NCBI GenBank assembly: GCA_042216335.1
Contig: JBDGTY010000023.1
Coordinates: 8,390-44,427, forward strand
Origin: Candidatus Nanohalobium sp.
Lineage (GTDB): Archaea; Nanohalarchaeota; Nanosalinia; Nanosalinales; Nanosalinaceae
Length of the DNA: 36,038 nt
Direction of reading: 5' to 3'
Positions 8,360-16,452 of this stretch are shown here, in pieces (within the stretch, counting starts at the first letter, position 1; the number at the start of each line of letters is the position of its first letter). A model generated the notes under the pieces. It was not told where the DNA came from, ran no database searches, and saw only the letters and a list, made by a program, of their open reading frames with translations. The position numbers and the translations under genes are program-made.

Positions 8360-10033
8360 GTGAAATACAGTAAACTCGCTGAAACATACCAGGAACTGGA
8401 AAGCACGCAGAAGACCCTGGAGAAGACCGATATACTTGCGGAACTCTTCCAGGAAGCAGGGGGCGACCTCGACCACATAGTACTTCTCGTCAACGGCAGG
8501 ATCTACCCAGACTGGAACGAGACAGAGATAGGCATGTCCAGCCGAATGATGAAGGAGACGATCAGCGAGGCCACTGGATACACACCGGAAGAGGTGGAGG
8601 AACTCTGGCGGGACGAAGGAGACCTCGGACTTGCCGCGGAGGAACTGGTCGGGAAGAAGAAACAGCAGCAGCTCGCAACGCAGGACCTGGATGTGGAAAA
8701 CGTCATAGAGACACTTAGAAAGGTCGCAGAGATGGAGAAGGAAGGCATGAGTGAATCCGTCTCTCAGGACAAGAAGAGAGGAGAGATCGCCAACCTGATA
8801 TCATCGGCCGAACCTCTTGAGGCCCGATACCTCGTCAGAACAGTCCTCGGCCACCTCAGGATCGGAGTTGGGGAAGGAACAATCAGGGATGCACTGGCAG
8901 AGGCATTTTTCAACGGAGAACACGTCGAGGAAATACAGAAAGCCTACGACTTCACCAACGACTTCGCGGAAGTCGCCAAAGCATGCACAGAAGGAATAGA
9001 GGAAGTGACCTCTCTGGAGCTCGAGCTGTTCCGTCCCGTCAACTCGATGCTGGCGAAGAACGTCGACACGATAGAGGAAGGCTTTGAAACCGTCGGAGAA
9101 CCGGCTGCTGTTGACTTCAAGTACGATGGGATGAGAGCCCAGATACATGTTAAAGAAGGTGAGGTCAAGGTATTCACCCGGAGGCTGGAGGATGTCACGG
9201 AGCAGTTCCCGGACGTTGTAGACGCAGTCGAGAAGCATATCGAAGCTGACAACTGCATCCTGGATACTGAAGTAGTGGGATACGATCCCGAGGATGGTTC
9301 GGAGATAGAGTTCCAGAAGCTTTCCAAGCGCATCAAGAGGAAGTACGACATCCAGAAGCTGAAGGAGGAGATCCCTGTTGAGGTACGACCCTTCGACCTG
9401 ATCTACCTTGACGAGCCGATACTGGAGGAGCCTTACAGGGAACGACTGGAGAAGCTGGAAGGTATCGTCGACGAGAAGGAGAAAGAGTTGCGGATGGTCG
9501 ACCGGCAGATAACCGACGAGGTGGATGAAGTTCAGGAGATGCAGCAGAAAAGCCTTTCCTCCGGCCACGAAGGCATAATGATGAAGAACCTGGAAGCAGA
9601 GTACAAGCCCGGAAGCAGAGTCGGCTACATGGTGAAGCTGAAACCGGTCATGGAGACCCTGGATCTTGCGATAGTCGCCGCGAAATGGAGCGAAGGAGAA
9701 CGGGCAGGCTGGCTCGGAAGACTTTTCCTCGGCTGCTACAATGAGGAGACCGGAGAATACGAGGAAGTCGGCAAGATGGCCACAGGCCTGACAGAAGAGG
9801 AACTCGAAGAGGTAACGGAGAGACTGAAGCCATTGATCGAGAGAGAAGAGGGAAGGAAGGTCTGGGTAAAGCCAGAGATAATCGTAGAGGTCGAATACGA
9901 GGAGATACAGGAAAGCCCGACGTACTCATCAGGTTATGCACTGCGTTTCCCACGTTTGAAGTCATTCAGAGATGATAAGGAGGAAGCTGATTCTAAGGAG
10001 AAAGTTGAGGATATTTACGAAGATCAGAATTAA
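8360..10033 (+). CDS. lig: ATP-dependent DNA ligase
   Basis: KYDG motif I, EGIMMK, YKPGSR, KLKP and ALRFPR. GTG start at 8360 (VKYSKLAE); the ORF-track extension overlaps the nitroreductase gene. Confidence 0.95.
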   Translation: MKYSKLAETYQELESTQKTLEKTDILAELFQEAGGDLDHIVLLVNGRIYPDWNETEIGMSSRMMKETISEATGYTPEEVEELWRDEGDLGLAAEELVGKKKQQQLATQDLDVENVIETLRKVAEMEKEGMSESVSQDKKRGEIANLISSAEPLEARYLVRTVLGHLRIGVGEGTIRDALAEAFFNGEHVEEIQKAYDFTNDFAEVAKACTEGIEEVTSLELELFRPVNSMLAKNVDTIEEGFETVGEPAAVDFKYDGMRAQIHVKEGEVKVFTRRLEDVTEQFPDVVDAVEKHIEADNCILDTEVVGYDPEDGSEIEFQKLSKRIKRKYDIQKLKEEIPVEVRPFDLIYLDEPILEEPYRERLEKLEGIVDEKEKELRMVDRQITDEVDEVQEMQQKSLSSGHEGIMMKNLEAEYKPGSRVGYMVKLKPVMETLDLAIVAAKWSEGERAGWLGRLFLGCYNEETGEYEEVGKMATGLTEEELEEVTERLKPLIEREEGRKVWVKPEIIVEVEYEEIQESPTYSSGYALRFPRLKSFRDDKEEADSKEKVEDIYEDQN

Positions 10034-10131
10034 CGGAGTATTCTCAGCCAGATGCTATAACTGCTCCTTAGTCAGCCAAGCATAGAAATTCAAAGGGTGA
10101 GAAAAACTGGGAAAAGGAAATTAGGTGGAAC

Positions 10132-10611
10132 TTAATCCACTCTTCTCTCCAGGTAGTTGATCAATGTCTTCCTGTTCTGACCCTGTTTCTCTGCCTCAAG
10201 AAGTTCCTGGATGTCGAGGTCGTCTCTTTCCTGTACTTCGTCTCTTACTTCTCTGACAGTGTTGTCGAGGATTTCTTCGTTGTCCTGGGAGTCTTCAGCT
10301 GTTCCTACTGCCTGTTTGATCTCCTGGGCTGCCTCTCTTGCCTGCTGGTTGTTGGATGTGTCAGCTGTTTCCTCCTGAAGTGTCTGCTGTCCTCCGAACT
10401 CTGTTTCCTGTTGAGACTGCTGTTTCTTTTCCTCTCTTCTGACCTTGAGTTCGTCGCTTTCAAGCCAGACGATAAATGCTCCGACCAGTACCAGAAGTGG
10501 GCCGAGACCTCCCTGAATGACGTTGACGAGTTCTGTTGAGTATGTAATGCCTGTGAAGATGCCGAGCACCATCATCAGTGCTCCGACCAGAATTTTGATT
10601 ATCGGACTCAT
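10132..10611 (-). CDS. Hypothetical protein with two TM helices, Q-rich linker and C-terminal helical domain
   Basis: MSPIIKILVG start, ending in TVREVR...LLEAEKQGQNRKTLINYL, a small helical domain type seen in halophile proteins. Confidence 0.75.
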   Translation of the reverse strand: MSPIIKILVGALMMVLGIFTGITYSTELVNVIQGGLGPLLVLVGAFIVWLESDELKVRREEKKQQSQQETEFGGQQTLQEETADTSNNQQAREAAQEIKQAVGTAEDSQDNEEILDNTVREVRDEVQERDDLDIQELLEAEKQGQNRKTLINYLERRVD

Positions 10612-10731
10612 AGTTGTATCACAACTAAAGAATAACAAAAAACTCTTATATGGTTTGATGGCTGAGCAACGAGAAAGGTTAAGGGATTTATAATGTTTTT
10701 GCGACAAGTCGTGGATACGAGCTGAACATTT

Positions 10732-11307
10732 ATGAGCTACTACAAGTACGCGAGCGAGCAATACGAGCAGCCCAAGGAGAACCTTGACGAGGTCTGGAAG
10801 CAGCGGCTGCAGAAATGGAGAAGAGAGGACAAGATAGTAAAGCAGGAGAACCCTACAAGGATTCCAAAGGCTCGACAGCTCGGATACAAGGCAAAGAACG
10901 GCTTCAACATAATCCGTGTACAGGTCGACAAAGGAGGCACAAAGAGACAGAGACCTGACGCAGGAAGAAAGCCGAAGAACACAGGGCAGAACCGCTTCTC
11001 ACCGAAGAAATCGAAGCAGGTAATCGCAGAACAGAGAGTTTCCAAAAAATACGAGAACCTTGAAGTACTGAACAGTTACTGGGTGCTCGAGGACGGAAAC
11101 CGGAAATGGTTTGAAGTCATCATGGTCGACCCAGACCACCCAGAAATCCAGTCGGACGACGACATCAACTGGATCTGTGATAACCGTAATCGAGCGGAGA
11201 ACGGCCAGACGCCAGCCGCCAAGAAGAGCAGAGGCCTCGACAACAAAGGCAAGGGAGCAGAAAAAGTCCGGCCTTCACAGAACGCCAACGACGGCAAGAC
11301 CAAATAA
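10732..11307 (+). CDS. rpl15e: 50S ribosomal protein L15e
   Basis: PTRIPKARQLGYKAKNG, NLEVLNSYWV, KWFEVIMVDPDHPEI and KSRGL...KGAEKVRPS. Confidence 0.97.
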   Translation: MSYYKYASEQYEQPKENLDEVWKQRLQKWRREDKIVKQENPTRIPKARQLGYKAKNGFNIIRVQVDKGGTKRQRPDAGRKPKNTGQNRFSPKKSKQVIAEQRVSKKYENLEVLNSYWVLEDGNRKWFEVIMVDPDHPEIQSDDDINWICDNRNRAENGQTPAAKKSRGLDNKGKGAEKVRPSQNANDGKTK

Positions 11308-11339
11308 ACATATCACTTTTTCTCCACCTTCTAGATGTA

Positions 11340-11948
11340 ATGGCAGAATTCCACGACTTCTTCATAAACCCAGAGATACGGGAAGATGCCGAAAGCCTTG
11401 GCTGGAGCTCAGAAAGCATCAAAGCTTCTGTCAAGGTTCTTGAGGCGGCCGACTGGGGCGAACTGAAGAGGAAGATAGACCGTAATCGGGGGGAATACGA
11501 TATACTGGCTTTCCACGGCGGCGACCACGAGTTGAACAGGAAGGCGTTCTCAGACTCGAGGATGGACGTGGTTCTGCATCCAGGAAGGGGCCGGAAGGAC
11601 TCCGGCATGAACCACGTTGACGCAGAGAAAGCAGCGGAGAACGACGTCGCTGTAGGATTTTCGCTAAAAGAAGTTCCAGAGGATTCCAAGAGGCAGAGCC
11701 AGGAACTTTCTAAGTGGCGAAGAAACCTGAAACTTTGTGAAAAGTACGGTACGCCGTACATAATTACTACAGAGGCTAGAGAGTTTTCCGAGTTGCGTAA
11801 GCCACACGACCTTGCCTCAGTCATCGATTCTCTTAGCCACGAGGGAATCAGGGCCTTGAAAAGCCATGCAGGAAGCATCCTGGAGAGGAGGAAAAGGGCG
11901 CAGAGCGACTCGGAGATCAGACCGGGCCACGAGGTGGTGGAGGAGTGA
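11340..11948 (+). CDS. rnp3: Ribonuclease P protein subunit Rpp30
   Basis: GGDHELNRKA, DVVLHP, GMNHV...AAENDVAVGF and LRKPHDL. Conserved synteny with rpl15e. Confidence 0.88.
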   Translation: MAEFHDFFINPEIREDAESLGWSSESIKASVKVLEAADWGELKRKIDRNRGEYDILAFHGGDHELNRKAFSDSRMDVVLHPGRGRKDSGMNHVDAEKAAENDVAVGFSLKEVPEDSKRQSQELSKWRRNLKLCEKYGTPYIITTEAREFSELRKPHDLASVIDSLSHEGIRALKSHAGSILERRKRAQSDSEIRPGHEVVEE

Positions 11949-12271
11949 AGCAGGTTCCGCCGGCGATCCAAGAGAGCCAGCGCTACCTGAAGTTCAAGGT
12001 CAGAGGTAAAGAGAAGGATATAGGAGAGATAGTCAATGCTGTCTGGGACTCTGCCACGAAGTATATGGGCACCAGGGGCTGCAGCGAGGCCAGTATATGG
12101 ATTATCGGCAATAAATTCGATGAAGAGAAGCAGGAAGGTGTTATCAAGGTCAACAGGAGGAAAGAGGATGATCTGAGGGCTGCTCTGACGTTAAATCCGT
12201 GTTTTGAGGACGAAACTTTTCTCAGTGTAGAGAAGGTTTCAGGAACTCTTGCTGGACTTGAAGGTGAATGA
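11945..12271 (+). CDS. rnp2: Ribonuclease P protein subunit Pop5/Rpp14
   Basis: MKQVPPAIQESQRYLKF...LRAALTL...KVSGTL. GTG start overlapping the rnp3 stop. Confidence 0.88.
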   Translation: MKQVPPAIQESQRYLKFKVRGKEKDIGEIVNAVWDSATKYMGTRGCSEASIWIIGNKFDEEKQEGVIKVNRRKEDDLRAALTLNPCFEDETFLSVEKVSGTLAGLEGE

Positions 12272-12496
12272 CATGCCTTTCGAGAAGTCCTTGTAGAGCT
12301 GCTGGAGGCCTGTAAGCGATCTGTTGAGAGGGCCGGGCAGTTCCAACTGTGACTGGTTCAGGGATGAGTTCCTCTGTTGTGCCTTGGTATCCAGTTGAAG
12401 TGCATCCGGCGAGGTTGCAAGAACCATCATGAACGCTGCGACCAACAAAGTCATCACGCCGATGAGAAGCACCAGCTGTCTCTGATATTCTTTCAC
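12239..12496 (-). CDS. Small hypothetical protein with N-terminal TM helix
   Basis: GTG start and one hydrophobic helix. Overlaps rnp2 tail-to-tail and is divergent from tbp. Confidence 0.45.
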   Translation of the reverse strand: MKEYQRQLVLLIGVMTLLVAAFMMVLATSPDALQLDTKAQQRNSSLNQSQLELPGPLNRSLTGLQQLYKDFSKGMSFTFKSSKSS

Positions 12497-12534
12497 AGGT
12501 TATCATGCCTGAACGCATCCAAAAAGATTGGGGA

Positions 12535-12579
12535 TATTTAAAAGGTTTCCCTATTTAAATCGTATATAAAGTATTTAAA
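12535..12579. promoter_or_regulatory. Cluster of four TATA-like boxes upstream of tbp
   Basis: TATTTAAA at 12535, 12552 and 12572, TATATAAA at 12563, and an AGGTGA Shine-Dalgarno before the tbp ATG. Confidence 0.6.
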
Positions 12580-12631
12580 CGGGATGCTGTATCTCCCGTG
12601 AAAAAGCTATGCTAAAAGGTGAACAATAAAA

Positions 12632-13180
12632 ATGGTTGATGACGACGACATTGAAATTCAGAACGTGGTAGCATCCGCAACATTCGACCAGAGACTTCCC
12701 CTGGATCGAATCGCGATCTACCTTGAAAACACAGAGTACGAACCCGAACAGTTCCCAGGACTGGTCTACAGACTCGAAGAACCGAAGGCAGCCGCCCTCC
12801 TATTCGGATCAGGAAAGGTTGTTTGTACAGGAACCAAAAGCCCCGAACAGGCCAAAGAGGCGACGCACAAGATCATCGACGAACTGAAGGAAGCAGACGT
12901 TGAGATCGGGCACAAGCCAGAAGTAACAGTCCAGAACATCGTAGCTTCTTCCGAGCTAGGCGCAAACCTGAACCTGAACAGGATCGCATTCGAGCTGGTC
13001 GGAACAGAGTACGAACCAGAACAGTTCCCAGGACTGGTCTACAGACTCGAAGAACCGAAGGTAGTCTTCCTGCTCTTCTCCTCAGGCAACCTTGTCTGCA
13101 CAGGAGGCAGGACATACGAAGACGTAGAAGAAGGAATCGCCACACTCGAAGAGAACCTGAAAGAAATCGGAGCGCTTTAA
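12632..13180 (+). CDS. tbp: TATA-box binding protein
   Basis: Two repeats of IQNVVAS...EYEPEQFPGLVYR...LLF-x-SG-x-x-VCTG. Confidence 0.98.
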   Translation: MVDDDDIEIQNVVASATFDQRLPLDRIAIYLENTEYEPEQFPGLVYRLEEPKAAALLFGSGKVVCTGTKSPEQAKEATHKIIDELKEADVEIGHKPEVTVQNIVASSELGANLNLNRIAFELVGTEYEPEQFPGLVYRLEEPKVVFLLFSSGNLVCTGGRTYEDVEEGIATLEENLKEIGAL

Positions 13181-13199
13181 AGCTCCTCACTTTTCATCT

Positions 13200-13862
13200 T
13201 TATTCTACTTCATAGCCCCATAGATCTTCAAGGACAGACTTGTCTCCCCAATCATCTATAATTCGTTCAAAAGGTTTTTCAGAAGCTCTCTCATCCGCCA
13301 TTACATCATGGAAGCCAAGAGAAATCCAGTGTGCCATTGACTCCAAGGGACTTTCTGATTCCATGACAGAGGCAGAATCAGCAACATCATGGTAAACCAA
13401 GACTCCATCGATTATTCCGAAGTTTCGAGGCCCCATATCTATTTCGTATCCATGAGAATCTGCCTGATGGCTTATAGCTCGAAATTCCTTCTCCCATTCC
13501 TCAGCGTTCTCCAGAAATCTATCTATATGGACATGGGGCTGGATTGTTACGGAAACAGAATCCTCTCCGCCACCAAAAACATTTCCTGGAGGCTCAGATC
13601 TACCGCAGAGTGTAGAGGCGAACGGGAGACCGATCTCGTCGATCACTTCAAGAGTTGAATATACATTATCAGAGTTATTAGAGAAAGTTACGACGTATTC
13701 CCCATCACCCCAGGCCTCAGTACAGTCATTGGAATACAACCTGTCGAGACCTCCGATCTCAAAGAAATCAGATATGCTCCTGCCCGCCAGCTCAGGAGCT
13801 ATGTAAGAGTAAGAACCTACACTAGAATCAAATCCGTATTCTCCTAGATCAAAAGCAGACAT
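13200..13862 (-). CDS. Hypothetical protein, possible protein-kinase-like fold
   Basis: Acidic 220-aa ORF (start MSAFDLG) with DMGPRNFG (DxxxxN) followed by VLVYHD. Confidence 0.6.
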   Translation of the reverse strand: MSAFDLGEYGFDSSVGSYSYIAPELAGRSISDFFEIGGLDRLYSNDCTEAWGDGEYVVTFSNNSDNVYSTLEVIDEIGLPFASTLCGRSEPPGNVFGGGEDSVSVTIQPHVHIDRFLENAEEWEKEFRAISHQADSHGYEIDMGPRNFGIIDGVLVYHDVADSASVMESESPLESMAHWISLGFHDVMADERASEKPFERIIDDWGDKSVLEDLWGYEVE

Positions 13863-13919
13863 GATGGTGAGAGATCTTTTGAACAAAATTAATAATTCTA
13901 ATCAGAAGTACTCAGTTAT

Positions 13920-14372
13920 ATGTCTTCTTTCTATGCAGCTGCGGCAGCCATCGTTGAGAATGAAGATGGAGAGATACTGATGGTTCAGGAGTCTAAGGAT
14001 CACATACATGAAAAGTGGGATCTTCCGGGCGGCGGCTGGGAAGACGAGGAGTCAGTCATCGACTGTGTGAAGAGAGAAGTACTGGAGGAGACAGGCTACA
14101 GGATAGATGTAACAGGTTTCCTGGGAGTCTACAAAGGTGAGAGCATGGAAGATAGTACGGAAGTCATCGTTTTCATGTTCACCGGCAAACCAGCAGAACA
14201 GAAAACGGAAGAACTTGAAGAAGATATACTCCAGAAGAAATGGTTTACTCCAGAGGAAATACCCGAGTTAGACCTCCGAAAGGACAACAGGAGGGAGATG
14301 ATTGAAAGATACCAGAAAGAAGAACCTGACTCTCTAGGCCTTCTATGGAACAACCTCAATCTGCTGGAATAA
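13920..14372 (+). CDS. Nudix hydrolase
   Basis: WDLPGGGWEDEESVIDCVKREVLEETG Nudix box. Confidence 0.92.
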   Translation: MSSFYAAAAAIVENEDGEILMVQESKDHIHEKWDLPGGGWEDEESVIDCVKREVLEETGYRIDVTGFLGVYKGESMEDSTEVIVFMFTGKPAEQKTEELEEDILQKKWFTPEEIPELDLRKDNRREMIERYQKEEPDSLGLLWNNLNLLE

Positions 14373-14412
14373 TGCAGTACATTTTTCTTACTTTTCAATC
14401 ACAAACTATAGT

Positions 14413-14796
14413 ATGGGTGTTTTTGAGTACCTGTCAGATAACCCTGAAGTTCCTTTACAGGGAGTTCAGTGGGTTACGGCCTTCACTGCAGGCCTGATAT
14501 GGGGTTATGGTCAGGCAAAGAAGGATAAGCAGTTCCCCGAGGATGTGAGAGGTGCTTCAGAGGCTGAAGGCATGGCTATCAGCACCTCTGTAGTACTTGA
14601 AGGGTTCGAGGACTTCTACGCTGAAAGAATTGGAACAGACAATTTCGGCGTTCTGGATTTCGGAGAATATGCCTCTACAGCGATGGCAATGGGCAGCGGA
14701 GTTGTTTACGGCCGCCAAGTAGAAAAGTATCTAACTGAAGGAAGGAAAGACTTGGAAAAATTCGAAGACGTGCTTAATCTTCTAAACTCCGAATAG
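14413..14796 (+). CDS. Hypothetical protein, possibly membrane-associated
   Basis: 127-aa ORF with Gly/Ala-rich hydrophobic segments. Confidence 0.6.
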   Translation: MGVFEYLSDNPEVPLQGVQWVTAFTAGLIWGYGQAKKDKQFPEDVRGASEAEGMAISTSVVLEGFEDFYAERIGTDNFGVLDFGEYASTAMAMGSGVVYGRQVEKYLTEGRKDLEKFEDVLNLLNSE

Positions 14797-15241
14797 CCCC
14801 TTTCCCGGCATCACGCATGTACTTAGGGATATCGTACTCTTCACCGCCTAACTCGTCTTTCGTGAACCATCTCATACCGCCGTGCTCGTGGCCATGGGTC
14901 GCCTCGTTCTCTTCCTTGATCCTGGCGAGGTAGAGATGGTCGAGGTGCCAGTGACCCTCCTCTATCCTGTGAAGGTTGACGTTGAACGGCCGGGGCACAT
15001 CGATAAACTCCTCCTCGACCACGCCGGAGGAATGCTGGAGCTCGACCTCTAGACCTGTCTCCTCCAGAGTCTCCCTCTTCGCCGTCTCGTCCGGAGTCTC
15101 CCTTTCCTCGACGTGGCCGCCGGGCGCCAGCCAGAGATCATACTTCCCGTGGTCGATCAAAAGAAGTTTTTCATCTCTGACAATGAGACATCCTGCGACG
15201 AAGTCTCTTCTAGCTCCTTCAGGAACTCTTAATTCTGTCAT
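14774..15241 (-). CDS. Nudix hydrolase
   Basis: WLAPGGHVEERETPDETAKRETLEETG and HWHLDHLY. Confidence 0.92.
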   Translation of the reverse strand: MTELRVPEGARRDFVAGCLIVRDEKLLLIDHGKYDLWLAPGGHVEERETPDETAKRETLEETGLEVELQHSSGVVEEEFIDVPRPFNVNLHRIEEGHWHLDHLYLARIKEENEATHGHEHGGMRWFTKDELGGEEYDIPKYMRDAGKGAIRSLED

Positions 15242-15313
15242 GTGATGGATTTATCGGGAGAGTTTGAAGAAGTTTCCCAAAGTTTAAGTAAACTTTGTAC
15301 ACATTGTATACGC

Positions 15314-15604
15314 ATGACGAGTGTTTCGGCCCGGATCCCGGATTCCCTGGAGGAGGAGCTTGACAGGTTTATCGATGAGGAAAAGCTGGATAGGAGTACT
15401 GCTGTCCGCAAGCTGCTTTCCGAGGGTATCGACGAGTGGAAGAAGGAGAAGGCGCTTGACTTGCTGGAGTCCGGAGATGCAAGCTTTTCCAGGGCTGCGG
15501 AGATCGCGGATATGGATACCTGGAAGTTCTCCGACCTTGTGAAGGATGAGAAGATCACATGGGTGAAGGACGACAGAGTCAGGGATGATCTAGAGGCCGT
15601 CTGA
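15314..15604 (+). CDS. RHH + UPF0175-family antitoxin
   Basis: MTSVSARIPDSL...DRSTAVRKLL (RHH) and ASFSRAAEIADMDTWKF. Lies 1 nt upstream of a PIN gene. Confidence 0.8.
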   Translation: MTSVSARIPDSLEEELDRFIDEEKLDRSTAVRKLLSEGIDEWKKEKALDLLESGDASFSRAAEIADMDTWKFSDLVKDEKITWVKDDRVRDDLEAV

Positions 15605-15605
15605 G

Positions 15606-16091
15606 ATGCTTGTGTTCGACGCAACACCGCTGATCTACCTGGCGAAAGCCAGGAAACTCGAGGAAGTAGAGGAGCTTGAAGGAGAGAAGTTGGTTCCCGA
15701 GGAAGTATACAGGGAAGTCGTCGAGGAAGGCAGGGGAGAACCGGATGCGGAAAGGATCGAGAAAGCAGTTGAAGAAGGCATCTTCGAGGTAGTTTCCGCC
15801 GAGATCGAGGGAGATAGCGACTTCCTCAGCGATGCCGATCTACAGGTTCTGAAAGTTGCGGAAGAACGAGATGCTATCGCCGTCATGGATGAAGAAAACG
15901 GCAGGAACGTCGCGGACATCCGAGGCATCGAGACACGTGGGACAGCTTTCATCGTTCTCCGGATGCAGAAGAGAAAAGTAATCTCAGAGGAAGAAGCAAA
16001 GGAAACCGTCGACAGCATGATAGATGAGGGATGGTACTGCTCCACCGACCTCTACAAGGAGATAATGAAGAAGGTAGAGGAACTAAGCTAG
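15606..16091 (+). CDS. PIN-domain (DUF3368-like) toxin
   Basis: MLVFDATPLIYLAK, VPEEVYREVV, AVMDE...GR...RGT and WYCSTDLY. Confidence 0.85.
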   Translation: MLVFDATPLIYLAKARKLEEVEELEGEKLVPEEVYREVVEEGRGEPDAERIEKAVEEGIFEVVSAEIEGDSDFLSDADLQVLKVAEERDAIAVMDEENGRNVADIRGIETRGTAFIVLRMQKRKVISEEEAKETVDSMIDEGWYCSTDLYKEIMKKVEELS

Positions 16092-16393
16092 CTCCATCTG
16101 ATCTCACCAAGTCTCTGCTCTATATCCTCTGCCAGTTCAAAATCGGCCTCTGTTATTCCTTCCGCGTCATGAGACCATAAGTCGATCTCAACTGCTCCGT
16201 ACTCTACACGGACTTCGGGATGGTGGAAGTGTGCCTCAGCCAGTGAGAAGACTGTGTTGGCGAAGAATGCTGCTTCCTTGAAGTTGTCGAACTCGACCCT
16301 TGTGACAAGTTTGTCACCACTGCGGCTCCAGATCTGTGTTTCGTCCAGTTTTTCCTGTATTTCGTCGTCTGAAAGTTTCTCGTCATCTGCCAT
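16088..16393 (-). CDS. Pterin-4-alpha-carbinolamine dehydratase
   Basis: AEAHFHHPEV and WSHDAEGITEADFELA. Start at ATG 16393 (MADDEK). Confidence 0.9.
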   Translation of the reverse strand: MADDEKLSDDEIQEKLDETQIWSRSGDKLVTRVEFDNFKEAAFFANTVFSLAEAHFHHPEVRVEYGAVEIDLWSHDAEGITEADFELAEDIEQRLGEIRWS

Positions 16394-16452
16394 GGAAGTG
16401 AAGTATCGGAGAGATTTTTTGATTTTTATCATTTGTCGGCCCATGTTTAGGT

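Noticed and set aside
10611-10627. Palindrome TAGTTG-TATCA-CAACTA over the ribosome-binding region of the 10611 gene
   Set aside because: A single 6-bp arm pair with no second copy, which could be chance.
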